64,000 nt of DNA from a virus, in IMG/VR virus record IMGVR_UViG_3300009151_000031; one strand, given 5' to 3'. Both the position numbers and the translations under genes were made by a program. Below, piece after piece: positions 46,636-57,200 of this stretch (positions within the stretch are counted from its first letter, which is position 1; each line of letters starts with the position of its first letter). Under the pieces are notes generated by a model. The model saw only the letters and a list, made by a program, of their open reading frames with translations, did no database searches and had not been told where the DNA came from.

Positions 46636-47587
46636 AGGTGATGATATTCCGTACCAAGCAACAATACTTGGGCGCAATATACTAGACATTAATAAACGCA
46701 ACTGGTTCTTTCCGTTAAACGATCACTATAACAAACACCAATCGGGCTGGACAGAATCAACCGGTAAAATTGCACGTCAGCATGATGCAGTAGTATTTTA
46801 TGACATAGTTAATACAGGCGATTACGAGCACGGAAAGTTTAGGCAATTTGTCAGTGAGTTTAAACACGACAACAAGTATTGGTTAACATTAAATCAAACT
46901 CCTAATTTTATATTAGATGGAGTAAAGATAATTCCGTGGGACTTTATGTGGAATAGAACCAAAGCATACTACACAGAAGCAGTTCCTAAAGATTTACATC
47001 TACATCATTACTCGGCTGGCAAGTATACACTACCTACGTTAGATTTTGAAAGAGTGCGCTCTAAACAATATCTAAGTATGACTGGTAGAGAGTATGGGTA
47101 TAGAATACAATTATATGATTTTGTAAAAGACTTTGGTGGGTATGTATCCAATAGATCACGCAACATATATTTAGAAGGCAGTCCGGTAGTTGGTGCGTTT
47201 AGTCCAGTGCCAAATGAGTTTTATCTTGACAGCTATATTAGTATCTATGTTGAAAGTAATTGCTTGCAATCTGATTTAATACACATAACAGAAAAAACGT
47301 ATGAGCCGTTACTTAAAGGACACATTATATTGCCGTTTAGTAATCCTGGTACAATTAGACGTCTACGTGATTTAGGATTTGCATTTCCTGATTTTGTTGA
47401 TTACAGCTATGATACTATACTGGATCCTATTGCAAGATTTACTGCACTTAAGGAAGTATTTAAAAATTTATTAATGCAGAACTTACCTAAGCTATATCAA
47501 GACAATCAACATATCTTTACACATAATCAAAACTGTGTAAATGTAATACCATACGATAACAATTTGCTGGAAATTTTTAATGTTTAA
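46610..47587 (+). CDS. Putative glycosyltransferase (GT-B C-terminal motif, GT10/exostosin-like)
   Basis: YISIYVES...ITEKTYEPLLKGHIILPF...IRRLRDLGF...DYSYD resembles phage GT-B glycosyltransferases. Confidence 0.55.
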   Translation: MINYFQGIEGDDIPYQATILGRNILDINKRNWFFPLNDHYNKHQSGWTESTGKIARQHDAVVFYDIVNTGDYEHGKFRQFVSEFKHDNKYWLTLNQTPNFILDGVKIIPWDFMWNRTKAYYTEAVPKDLHLHHYSAGKYTLPTLDFERVRSKQYLSMTGREYGYRIQLYDFVKDFGGYVSNRSRNIYLEGSPVVGAFSPVPNEFYLDSYISIYVESNCLQSDLIHITEKTYEPLLKGHIILPFSNPGTIRRLRDLGFAFPDFVDYSYDTILDPIARFTALKEVFKNLLMQNLPKLYQDNQHIFTHNQNCVNVIPYDNNLLEIFNV

Positions 47588-48467
47588 ATTTTACGACACA
47601 CTTACATTTGATGAAAGTCTAGATCACAAGCATGTAGACTGGAGTCCTGACAATATATACTCCTATAGGCAATGGTACGAGGAAGATATACAAGGAAAAG
47701 ATACACTATTGATACAAATTGGCGACTCTTGGACATGGGGCGATCACCTTGGATGCATTGACTGGGATAAAGCCAGCAACGACCCTTGTAGAATGGACGA
47801 AATAGTGGGGCGCCAATTAAGCAACCTATTAGAATCAGATTGGGTTAATATAGCCAAGCCTGGGTGTAGTAATTACTGGATGCTAGAACAATTACAAAAT
47901 ATAGAAATGAATCTAATCAGAGTACAACACCAATATAAAAAGATTCGTATTGTAATTTCATTAACAGAAGATTTACGAGAAGCAAAATATACACGACGCA
48001 TTAATGTTGACAGACCATACCAAACATTTTGGGACGAAAGTACTAGCATTAAAGATTTTTTAGTCAAGGTAGAAAGTTATTTACTGCTTAACTTAGAAAC
48101 ATATTTTAAGAAATACCCATTTGTTGATGTTAAAGTTGCTAGAGTGTTTACAGATGTGTGGCCTGAAAATACTAGTCCACTGCTATTAGAAAAGTCTTGG
48201 TGCGATGTAATACAAGATAAAATTGAGTTTAATAATTATCTTAAGCCAGTTCCGTTTATAGGACAAATGAGTATTGACCCGTTGACAGAAAAATACATAT
48301 CTACCAAGCCCGAACGTAAACAGGAGTTTTTAGATATAATGGATCGTGTAGCTACACGTTGGAACTTCTTAGGTGCTAGTCAGTATAACTTAAAAGGCAG
48401 TACTTGCCACCCTAATCCAGCAGGTCATCGTTTGTGGGCCGAGTATCTTTACACACAATTTAGCTAA
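47580..48467 (+). CDS. SGNH/GDSL hydrolase-fold protein
   Basis: QIGDSWTWG, NIAKPGCSN and CHPNPAGH. Confidence 0.8.
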   Translation: MFKFYDTLTFDESLDHKHVDWSPDNIYSYRQWYEEDIQGKDTLLIQIGDSWTWGDHLGCIDWDKASNDPCRMDEIVGRQLSNLLESDWVNIAKPGCSNYWMLEQLQNIEMNLIRVQHQYKKIRIVISLTEDLREAKYTRRINVDRPYQTFWDESTSIKDFLVKVESYLLLNLETYFKKYPFVDVKVARVFTDVWPENTSPLLLEKSWCDVIQDKIEFNNYLKPVPFIGQMSIDPLTEKYISTKPERKQEFLDIMDRVATRWNFLGASQYNLKGSTCHPNPAGHRLWAEYLYTQFS

Positions 48468-48470
48468 ATA
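48465..48470 (+). promoter_or_regulatory. Late promoter TAAATA with a ~70-nt leader
   Basis: TAAATA 73 nt upstream of the ATG at 48544. Confidence 0.6.
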
Positions 48471-48543
48471 GTTATGTTCATAAGAATTCTCGGAGTCAAG
48501 CCACTTCGGGTAGCCTAGAACGCTATTTAAAGGAGAAAATAAA

Positions 48544-48948
48544 ATGGCAAAATTTAAAGTCGCAAGTATCAATAACGGAGTTCCTACAGATAGAGGAATT
48601 GCAAGCGGTAACGGTGGTGTTGGTGGTCTAACTAGTTTATCTGGTAACCAAATTCAGCCAACAGTAAAAATTGGATCAGCAAGTGCCGCTTCTGGTTCTA
48701 TTATTGCACAAAAAGGTCGTAGCGAGTTTCGTGTAACCGATGGCACAAACATTGGTAATTGTACACTAGTGAATTTGGCAACTCCAACAGTGGCCAACAC
48801 TATGAGTATTGTGGTCACCAAGTCTGACGCATCAACATTCCAAGCAAGTCGTATTACAAACAAATTTGTTCACGATTTTGCTGGCAACAAGTATCGTTAT
48901 AAACTAGCTGCCGCTACAGCAACTTTTGTTTCAGTAGCATACGCTTAA
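48544..48948 (+). CDS. Small virion structural protein (candidate capsid decoration), monocistronic
   Basis: 134 aa with a strong AAGGAG RBS and its own promoter and terminator; IIAQKGRSEFRV and ASRITNKFV motifs. Confidence 0.7.
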   Translation: MAKFKVASINNGVPTDRGIASGNGGVGGLTSLSGNQIQPTVKIGSASAASGSIIAQKGRSEFRVTDGTNIGNCTLVNLATPTVANTMSIVVTKSDASTFQASRITNKFVHDFAGNKYRYKLAAATATFVSVAYA

Positions 48949-48965
48949 TTTTAACTAAGCAAACT

Positions 48966-48989
48966 AAAACCCGCTTCGGCGGGTTTTTT
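48966..48989 (+). terminator. Intrinsic terminator
   Basis: AAAACCCGC-TTCG-GCGGGTTTTTT. Confidence 0.9.
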
Positions 48990-49017
48990 ATTGATTTCAG
49001 CAAAGATCTACTCAGCA

Positions 49018-49023
49018 TAAATA
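49018..49023 (+). promoter_or_regulatory. Late promoter TAAATA heading the fibre array
   Basis: Lies between the terminator and the AGGA RBS of 49045. Confidence 0.65.
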
Positions 49024-49044
49024 CTACATAAACAGGATACGGAC

Positions 49045-49599
49045 ATGAGTACTATTAAGAGAATTTCGGGTAATTACACTATACAGACGTTGAATCCTAA
49101 CGACCAAATTAACTTACAAGCCAACGCCGTAATTATTAACGGCAATTTGTTTGTGACTGGTAATAGTCAAACAGTTTCTACCACAAATAGTGCAATTACA
49201 GACAACATAATTTACTTGAATCACGGCCTGAGTAATAGTAATCCGCCAAATCCATTGGGGGCCGCAATTGAAATAGATCGTGGAACCAGCGCCAACGTAC
49301 AAATCCGTTGGAACGAAACACTACAAGCATGGCAGGCCAGTAATGATGGCGTAACTTACAAATATATTCTATTAGGAACAGGCACAACTGCCAACTTATA
49401 TAACGACCCTGCACCAACGCTAAGTGCTAATTTAAATTTAAACGGGCATACAATTTATAGTCCAGCTGGTAGTGTGCAACTATTTGCCAATACCGCTCAA
49501 AGTGGCGGATCGGGACTGTACGTAACCAACACACAAGCAACTGGCGCAGAGCTAGTAACCAAATCTAAAGCAGTAGCGTTTAGTATCATATTCGGATAG
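49045..49599 (+). CDS. Fibre-associated structural protein
   Basis: 184 aa; GNLFVTG, ITDNIIYLN and IEIDRG...IRWNE module shared with downstream fibres. Confidence 0.75.
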   Translation: MSTIKRISGNYTIQTLNPNDQINLQANAVIINGNLFVTGNSQTVSTTNSAITDNIIYLNHGLSNSNPPNPLGAAIEIDRGTSANVQIRWNETLQAWQASNDGVTYKYILLGTGTTANLYNDPAPTLSANLNLNGHTIYSPAGSVQLFANTAQSGGSGLYVTNTQATGAELVTKSKAVAFSIIFG

Positions 49600-49608
49600 G
49601 AAAAATAA

Positions 49609-49917
49609 ATGTCAATCATCAACACAGCATTAACAACAACAGCGGCAAACATTTATGTTAGCTCAGGTAATAGTGCCACCACAGTACTTCATTTTTGTAA
49701 CTATGCAAACCTTGGCGCAACTGCTAACGTATGGGTAGTACCAGCTGGTTTAACAGCCAACGCACTAACAATCATTTATTCAAATGTTTCATTGACTGCA
49801 CAAAATACTTTGGTAGTAGACACAGAAAAACTTATTTTAAGCAACGGTGATGCTATTGTTGCCAACGTTAGTATAAATGGGTCAGTGACAGCAACAGTAA
49901 GCTATATTGGAATTTAA
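49609..49917 (+). CDS. Small beta-rich structural/adaptor protein
   Basis: 102 aa, tightly coupled in the fibre operon. Confidence 0.75.
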   Translation: MSIINTALTTTAANIYVSSGNSATTVLHFCNYANLGATANVWVVPAGLTANALTIIYSNVSLTAQNTLVVDTEKLILSNGDAIVANVSINGSVTATVSYIGI

Positions 49918-49919
49918 TA

Positions 49920-50363
49920 ATGGCACGATTTCTTAAAAATCCGGATATCACACGCAGTGGCAAACTTGCCGCACGTTTACCAATGGTACCCAACAACTCA
50001 TACGGCGATGCACCAGTTGACGGCCTGATTAGATATAACCAAGCCACTAGTCGTATTGAATTTTATTACAATGGTACATGGAGCCAAGTTGCCAAAATTG
50101 GAACAGTACAAATAGTGATAGATAATTTTTCCGGTGATGGCGCACAGGTTTTGTTTACGCCAATGGCGCAAGAAGAAACAGACCCAACTGCTATTGCAGT
50201 TTTTGTTGGCGGTGTACATCAACAACCGAACTCTTATACAGTAATACCAGGAAGAACATTACAATTCTTAGGCGGCCCTCCTCCTGGACCAACTGCATTG
50301 TATCCAACACAAAATCAGATTATTGTTATTCATAATCTCAATAGCACTAACGTACCCGCCTAG
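49920..50363 (+). CDS. Fibre-associated structural protein
   Basis: 147 aa; GLIRYNQATSRIEFYYNGTW and FSGDG...VFVGGVHQQP modules shared with 52614 and 54275. Confidence 0.75.
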   Translation: MARFLKNPDITRSGKLAARLPMVPNNSYGDAPVDGLIRYNQATSRIEFYYNGTWSQVAKIGTVQIVIDNFSGDGAQVLFTPMAQEETDPTAIAVFVGGVHQQPNSYTVIPGRTLQFLGGPPPGPTALYPTQNQIIVIHNLNSTNVPA

Positions 50364-50371
50364 GACCACCA

Positions 50372-52612
50372 ATGGCAATAGCATCCTTAGGACGTATTAC
50401 AGGACAGATGCTAAATCAAAACCTGGAAAGATCAGGTGTAAATTTAGTAATCGATGCAAACCTTACTCAATTTGATGTAAGTAATCGTCGCGTTGGTATC
50501 AACACAACCACTCCTGCATATACATTGGATGTAAACGGCAATGCTCACATTGGGAACCTTTACATACTTGGTAATACCGTTACCAGCGACGCTGGTCAAA
50601 TTAAATTTGGGTCTATATCAAATATAAACTTTACTGGTGGAACTAGTAACAATGTTATTATTACAGACGGAACAGGCAATCTAAGTTTTACAAACATTGG
50701 CAGTTTGCCAGATCTGGTTGCCGCAAATATTTCTATTGTTGGTGTTAACGCCAACCTCAATGCGTACGAAACATGGGCAAATGCAACATTTGTAACCACC
50801 GCAGTTGAAAACGAATTAGCGGCAAATGTTGGCGCATACCATATATGGGCCAATGCAAACTTAGCAACACAAACAACAAACATTAATCTTGTTAACGCAA
50901 ACGTAACAGCGGCTAATGCAACTATAGCGGCACTTCAAGGAAATCTAATTCCTCTAGGTTCTAACACATCGCCGGCACTACGCAGTAACGCAGTAACACT
51001 AACAACATCTACTACAGTAACAGACGCTATTTCACAATTAAATTTTGTGCTAGGCAAACTGGTACCTCCAAGCCCGCCACCGTTTCCTGGATCAAGTACA
51101 TTGGCATTAAGCACTGGGGTTTCAACGGGTCGCATTACAAACTTTACTCAAACTGATAACTCAGGGTGGGCAAATCTAAGCGTCGCCGCCAGCACAAGTG
51201 TAAGCGCAACAAGAGTTGCAACTTATGTTGCAGGTACTATTACAACTGTTGGCCCTGGCAACTCCGGTACAGTAACAGCATACCTAAACGGCACAGCCGC
51301 TGGTACAGTTACAATGAATACTGGCAGTCAAAATGGAACTTACAGTAACTTAATTATAGCCAGTGACCAAGACTATTCTGCAGTCATTGGCGGATCCGGG
51401 GGATTCTGGGAAAGCTTCAACGCAAGCCTATCAGGAAATACTATTCCGGCTGGATGGAACCGTGCAAATATTATGCACACATCTGGAACATCAACTAATA
51501 CTATCAATTGGTATTATGATAATTCGTCTCCGGGCACTCCTACATTTAGCAATACAAGTATTGCATTGACATCGAATACTGTAAGCTATTCAAGTACAGT
51601 TCCACATTTTACTAGTTCAGCAACATTTACTATTAAAGGTAACGTTGCTCGACTAAGCGGAGATACATATCCACTGGCAGTCAGTTCTGGATCGTCGACA
51701 TTAGTCACTGGCTCATCGGCTACTGGTTTCCAAGCACCAACAGCAGTAACATACACATCGGCAGGAGTTACAGTTCCATTAACTAGAAACCTATATGTAA
51801 GCTCTGGTAGTGCATATTTTGAAACTACTTCTGCAATATCAACAGGTTTTGGATCATCTACAACTGGCCCAGGATTAAGTGTTACTAATAACTATCTAAC
51901 TGGTACAAGTGGCGCACTAATTGTTAGCGGTACTCCTACTATTCTTTATAAGACTGGTACCAGTACCAACATTGAAGAAACAAGCATTCCTGTTACTAGC
52001 GTAGGTGTTGGGTCAGGCAATGGTCTTCGTATTGCCAATCCGGGTTCGTCTGACAACTCAGCATACACTGGAAGTGAAGCGGCATTTAATAGTACAACTG
52101 GACCATTTTATACATATGATGCTACTAACATTGGTAGTAGTGGACAAGGTATCATTAAATTTGATCAAACAAATTATAGTACCGGCTACTTACCAGTTGG
52201 TCCTAACTTATCTACGCAAGGCGCTAGCCAATATTTTACATTTAAATTTACAAGAACTACAGTACAACGATTTGACGTAGCATACACCGGAACTATTGCT
52301 GGCTTATGGGTAGCATTACCCGGAAGCGCAATTGATACTACAGCTAGCCCAACTAGTGGTTGGTTAAATATGGCTGTTGCCTATGCAGGTAGCGGTGTGC
52401 CTGGTACAGGTACAGGTGGCAACGGATCTGCCGGCTGTGCGTACGGCGGTGTAGCAACATTAAATTCATCAGTAACCAAGAGCGTAACAGCAAACTTTGG
52501 TACAGTACAATCAGGATCTAGCGGAACAAACGCAGGTGATATCTATGTACGTATTAAATTAACAAGCGGTCAAAGTTTGACAGCATTAAGTATAGTAACG
52601 GCGACACACTAA
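50372..52612 (+). CDS. Fibre protein with a coiled-coil stalk and a large Ser/Thr/Gly-rich C-terminal domain
   Basis: 746 aa; RVGINTTTPAYTLDVNG fibre motif and ANVGAYHIWAN coiled-coil repeats. Confidence 0.75.
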   Translation: MAIASLGRITGQMLNQNLERSGVNLVIDANLTQFDVSNRRVGINTTTPAYTLDVNGNAHIGNLYILGNTVTSDAGQIKFGSISNINFTGGTSNNVIITDGTGNLSFTNIGSLPDLVAANISIVGVNANLNAYETWANATFVTTAVENELAANVGAYHIWANANLATQTTNINLVNANVTAANATIAALQGNLIPLGSNTSPALRSNAVTLTTSTTVTDAISQLNFVLGKLVPPSPPPFPGSSTLALSTGVSTGRITNFTQTDNSGWANLSVAASTSVSATRVATYVAGTITTVGPGNSGTVTAYLNGTAAGTVTMNTGSQNGTYSNLIIASDQDYSAVIGGSGGFWESFNASLSGNTIPAGWNRANIMHTSGTSTNTINWYYDNSSPGTPTFSNTSIALTSNTVSYSSTVPHFTSSATFTIKGNVARLSGDTYPLAVSSGSSTLVTGSSATGFQAPTAVTYTSAGVTVPLTRNLYVSSGSAYFETTSAISTGFGSSTTGPGLSVTNNYLTGTSGALIVSGTPTILYKTGTSTNIEETSIPVTSVGVGSGNGLRIANPGSSDNSAYTGSEAAFNSTTGPFYTYDATNIGSSGQGIIKFDQTNYSTGYLPVGPNLSTQGASQYFTFKFTRTTVQRFDVAYTGTIAGLWVALPGSAIDTTASPTSGWLNMAVAYAGSGVPGTGTGGNGSAGCAYGGVATLNSSVTKSVTANFGTVQSGSSGTNAGDIYVRIKLTSGQSLTALSIVTATH

Positions 52613-52613
52613 T

Positions 52614-54128
52614 ATGGCAATTTCAGATAGTCAGAAGGTAGACTTATTATTTAAAAAGGTTGGTTACGGCGTAAGCAAAACCGACACGTCTACCTACAAG
52701 GGTCCTACCGGTGAAGCTAACGCTAGCCCATTGGTAAGCCCTGGCAGTACGATCTATCAACAAGACTATGCTATACCTAGTGGAACTATATTGCCTACAA
52801 GCAATAGTAGTGTTGTTACAGTCTATAGAGATAGTTTAACTAGCACAGTTCAATGTGCTAAATTGCCAACAACCAGCGCCAACGTGTCTTGGACAACAGG
52901 ATTAACAGATTGGATCCCGGTACAATATGGTACTGGTTATCAAGTCAAATTATATGCCGGGCCGTCTGGCAGTTCAACTCCACAAAACTTTATAAGTTTA
53001 CCTGCAGGCGGTTCAGGCAACAACGATGACTGGAATTTTGATTATCAAGCCGGTGTTGTAAACTTTGCTGATACTAACGTTCCTACAGCGGCCAATCAGT
53101 CCGGCAACGTTGTTTATGTAGTTGGTGCAAGATACACTGGTGTTAAAGGTATTACTACTTTTGCTAATTTACAAGTTGCTAACATTTCAATTAATGGTAA
53201 TACCATTACAGGTAATACTGGTATTACATTTGGTGGCAATGTTACAGCAGGCAACATTATATCTACCACTGTTTATAGTAATATTATTGGCACGTTGGCT
53301 ACTATTACATCTAATGTAACTGCCGGCAATGTTATTTCTAACTTGTACGGAAACCTAATAGGAACATCAGTAACCCTATCTGGCAACCTAACTGCTGGTA
53401 ACTTAATAACATTAGGTAATGCTTATGTTGGCAATTTAACAGTTACTAACTTAGAAATAGACCAAGGCAATATTATTGCCGGCAATGTAACTAGTACATT
53501 TTATGGAAATAGTTTTGCTACTACGTATGCTAACATTTACACAGATTACATCACACCAAATCAAACAACAACAACAACATTTAATTCATCAACTGCTATT
53601 AGATTGCCAATTGGCGGAAATATTGCTAGACCCAACACACCATCCTCGGGACAAATTCGTTATAACAGTGACTACAATACAGTAGAATTTTATAATGGAA
53701 CCAATTGGATAAGTGTTGTAACAAATATCAGCGGACAAAACTTTTTTGGTGATGGATCTGCTACATTTACACTAGACCAAGTAACAACCGCCAATGGTAT
53801 TCTAGTAAGTATTAACGGTACTGTGCAACAACCTTTATTTGCGTATAACGTAACCGGTGATCAAATTACATTTACAGAAACTCCTTTAGTAACCGACCAA
53901 ATTGACATACGTTTTTTAGCCGCCTCAATTGTAATAGATAATATTTTTAACACTGACATTAGTGTTGCAGGAAATATTACATTAACTGGTTTATTATCTG
54001 CACCGCAAACAACAAAGGCAAGTAATGCAATTGGTACAATTGGTCAAATGTGTTGGGATGCCAACTACATTTATATATGTACTGCTACAAATACATGGAA
54101 AAGATCGCCGTTGACCGGTGGGTATTAA
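52614..54128 (+). CDS. Fibre/virion structural protein
   Basis: 504 aa; GNVTAGN beta repeats, GQIRYNSDYNTVEFYNG and a terminal WDANYIYICTATNTWKR module. Confidence 0.75.
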   Translation: MAISDSQKVDLLFKKVGYGVSKTDTSTYKGPTGEANASPLVSPGSTIYQQDYAIPSGTILPTSNSSVVTVYRDSLTSTVQCAKLPTTSANVSWTTGLTDWIPVQYGTGYQVKLYAGPSGSSTPQNFISLPAGGSGNNDDWNFDYQAGVVNFADTNVPTAANQSGNVVYVVGARYTGVKGITTFANLQVANISINGNTITGNTGITFGGNVTAGNIISTTVYSNIIGTLATITSNVTAGNVISNLYGNLIGTSVTLSGNLTAGNLITLGNAYVGNLTVTNLEIDQGNIIAGNVTSTFYGNSFATTYANIYTDYITPNQTTTTTFNSSTAIRLPIGGNIARPNTPSSGQIRYNSDYNTVEFYNGTNWISVVTNISGQNFFGDGSATFTLDQVTTANGILVSINGTVQQPLFAYNVTGDQITFTETPLVTDQIDIRFLAASIVIDNIFNTDISVAGNITLTGLLSAPQTTKASNAIGTIGQMCWDANYIYICTATNTWKRSPLTGGY

Positions 54129-54138
54129 TAATAACTGC

Positions 54139-54252
54139 TAAATAGTTTTATAGAAGTTCACTTGTCTCGCACAACTCAACCGCACCGAGCCTAGCGCAAC
54201 GTAATCCGAAATTACACGGTGCAAACCCAAAAACTCCCATATTCGATAAATA
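54139..54252 (+). promoter_or_regulatory. Two TAAATA boxes (54139-54144, 54247-54252) bracketing a ~90-nt structured element
   Basis: Direct motif matches with nested inverted repeats between them. Confidence 0.5.
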
Positions 54253-54274
54253 CATTATATAGGGAGCTTTCAGC

Positions 54275-57200
54275 ATGGCAAACAATTTAACAAGAATACA
54301 AAATAACCAGATTACTGACAGTACGATCCAAGCGCAGGCCAAATTGGCCGCAGGATCGATCACCGGTAACTTGCTAGCAAGCACAGTAACCTTTAACAGT
54401 AATATTACAATTCTTGGCAATTTAACTGTAGCAAATAGCTATACTCAGTTAAACTCAATTAACACATACATCAATGACCCGGTGGTTGTTTTCAACAATA
54501 ACTATGTTGGATCATTAACCAATTACGATATTGGTATTCTTGTCAATCGTAACTTGGCCAGTTTGGGTGCATATGGCTCAGTAAACACATTCTTAGGTTG
54601 GAGCGAACAGTCTCAGGCCTTTATTGCAGTAGCAACAACAGAAACTGGTACAGCAGTAAGCAGTATCAACAACAGCGGGTACGCCAACGTAAGCATTGGT
54701 AATTTAGTAGCAGTAGCAGGATCATTTAGCGGAGCGATTACTGCTCCTGCCGCAACGATTACAACAGTAAATTCTACAAATGGCAACGTTACAACACTAT
54801 ACTCGACTAACTTTAGTTCAGGTAATGCTAGAATTTCCAGTGGCTACGCTGATAATTTTGCAATTGGCGCAAATGCAACGGCAACCGGCGCATTCACAAC
54901 ATTAAGCACCAGCGGTAATGCAACCATTGTTGGTAATATTGCTATTACAGGTAATATTGTTCCAAGTGCAAACGTAACTTATAGTTTGGGTACCAGTGCC
55001 AATAGATTTAAAGACTTATGGTTAAGCGGTAGCACAATGTACCTAGGTGGATTTACCTTGAGTGAAGAGGCCAGTGGTAATGTAAACTTTACATCAGCAA
55101 ATGGTAACCGCTTAACAATCGTTGGTACTACAGCAAACACAGTACAAGCAACTGGTAATATTATAACTCCTTATGTATTAGGTAGTATTGTTGGCCCAAC
55201 TGCAACTATTACAACCAGCGCAAGCATAACTGGCACTGGCGCAAGCACAAGCACAACAACCGGCGCACTAGTAGTGGCAGGTGGTGCTGGCATTGCTGGA
55301 AATATCAACATAGGACAATTGACTAGTTTACATAACATTCGTGGTAACTTATTAATTGGTCAAGGTTCTGTACAAGACTCTGCAGACTCTGCACTAACTA
55401 TTAACTTAAACACAGATACTCCATTGGTATCTAACGCAACAGTTCACTTGTCTGGTGCAACTGGTAAAAATGCAACATACGGCGCCGACTCGTTTGGCGG
55501 ATCTGGAAACTTATCGATATACTTAGGACGTCATGCACGAGGTACAAGTACAAGCCCAACAGCAGTACAGGCACTGGATGCCATTGCTGGATTCCTTGGT
55601 CGTGGTTACGGTGCAACTGGATACAATACCAATGCGGCAAACATAAATCCAGGTATGACAATTTATGCCGCAGAAAATTTCACTGATTCTGCACAAGGCA
55701 CAGGTATCAACATTACTTACATACCAACCGGTAGCCTTACAGCAATTACAGGTATCAAAATTGATCCGTCAACAGGCGGCGGTAATGTGCTTATCCCAGC
55801 AACAACAACAAGTACAAGTACAACAACTGGTGCATTGGTTGTTAGTGGTGGTATTGGTGTCAACGGCAATTCAACATTTGGTGCCAATTTAACAGTCAAC
55901 GGCAACGCTATTATTCAAGGCGGCCTAGTTGTTAACGGTACATTTGAGTATATTAACTCAACTATTACAACACACGTTGATCCAGTATTAGAATTAAACA
56001 CTGGTGTAAATGGCGCACCATTGGCAGCTGACAACTTGGCTGACGTTGGTTTAAAGATGCACTACTACAATGGTGCAGATAGAATTTCGTTTATTGGTCG
56101 TGCGTATGATACAGGATTCTTAGAATACTACGCACTTGGTACAGAAAGTGGCAATACTTTCAGCGGTACTTATGGCACAGTTAAATCTGGTGCATTGTAC
56201 CTGGCTAACACTTCTACTGCAACAGGCTTTACTCCGTCGAATGCCGGGGCATTATATGTAGCAGGCGGCGCAGGCATTGCCGGCGACCTATATGTTGCAA
56301 AAGAAGTACATGGCGGCAATGGATATTTTGCCAGTATTAATAACACACCAATTGGTAATGCAACACCAACTACTGGTGCATTTACAACTGTAACAGCAAT
56401 AACAAGTAGTCCAACTAACCTAAATGCCACATTTGGTAACATTACAACATTGTATGCTCAGAACTTTAGTTCTGGTAATGCAGTTATCACAGGCGGTAGT
56501 GTTAACGGTAGCCCAATTGGCGCAAGTTCAGCAAGCACTGGTGCATTTACAACTGTAACTGCTTCGGGTACAGCCATTGTGTCTGGCAACATTGTTGCTG
56601 GTAGTGGTACAGCAAGTACAAACACAACAACAGGTGCTTTAGTGGTTGTTGGCGGCGCAGGCGTAAGCGGTAATGCTACAATTGGTGGTGACACAGTGAT
56701 TACTGGCGATGCGTATGTTCAGGGTGGTGACATCTGGACAAGTGCAACAACATTTAACCTAGTAAATGCAACTGCTACCACAGTTAACTTTGCTGGTGCC
56801 GCAACAACATTGAATACTGGTAATGCTAGTGGCACAACCAACATGGCTGGTGTGGTTAAAGCAAGCGGAAATATTGTAGCCGCAAGTGGTACAGCAAGTA
56901 CTAACACAACAACTGGCGCTCTTGTAGTAACAGGCGGTGCTGGTATTAGCGGCGCTGTAAACATTGGCGGTAATGTAACACATGCCAACGCAACAATATT
57001 CAACACAGCACAAGCGGCTGGCATGGACACAGTTATTAAAGGTGCCAATGATAGTACATTACTATGGGCACGTCCAAACGCCACATACGATTCTGTAATC
57101 ATTGGTAATTCTGCAACAGCAGGTACAGCAGTACGCGGTGCCAAGTTGGTTATTAACTCTAGTGATTCAATTATATTACCGGTTGGTACCAACGCACAAC

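Noticed and set aside
34670-50363. Stop-codon reassignment (as in some large phages)
   Set aside because: TAG, TGA and TAA all terminate intact conserved genes (for example TAG at 35096, 43144, 49597 and 50361), and core genes are unfragmented under code 11.
54145-54245. tRNA, tracrRNA or known riboswitch
   Set aside because: There is no cloverleaf with a T-psi-C loop. GCACCGAG...CGGTGC recalls the Cas9 tracrRNA 3' hairpin, but the rest of the scaffold and any cas gene are absent. It was kept only as an unassigned structured element.
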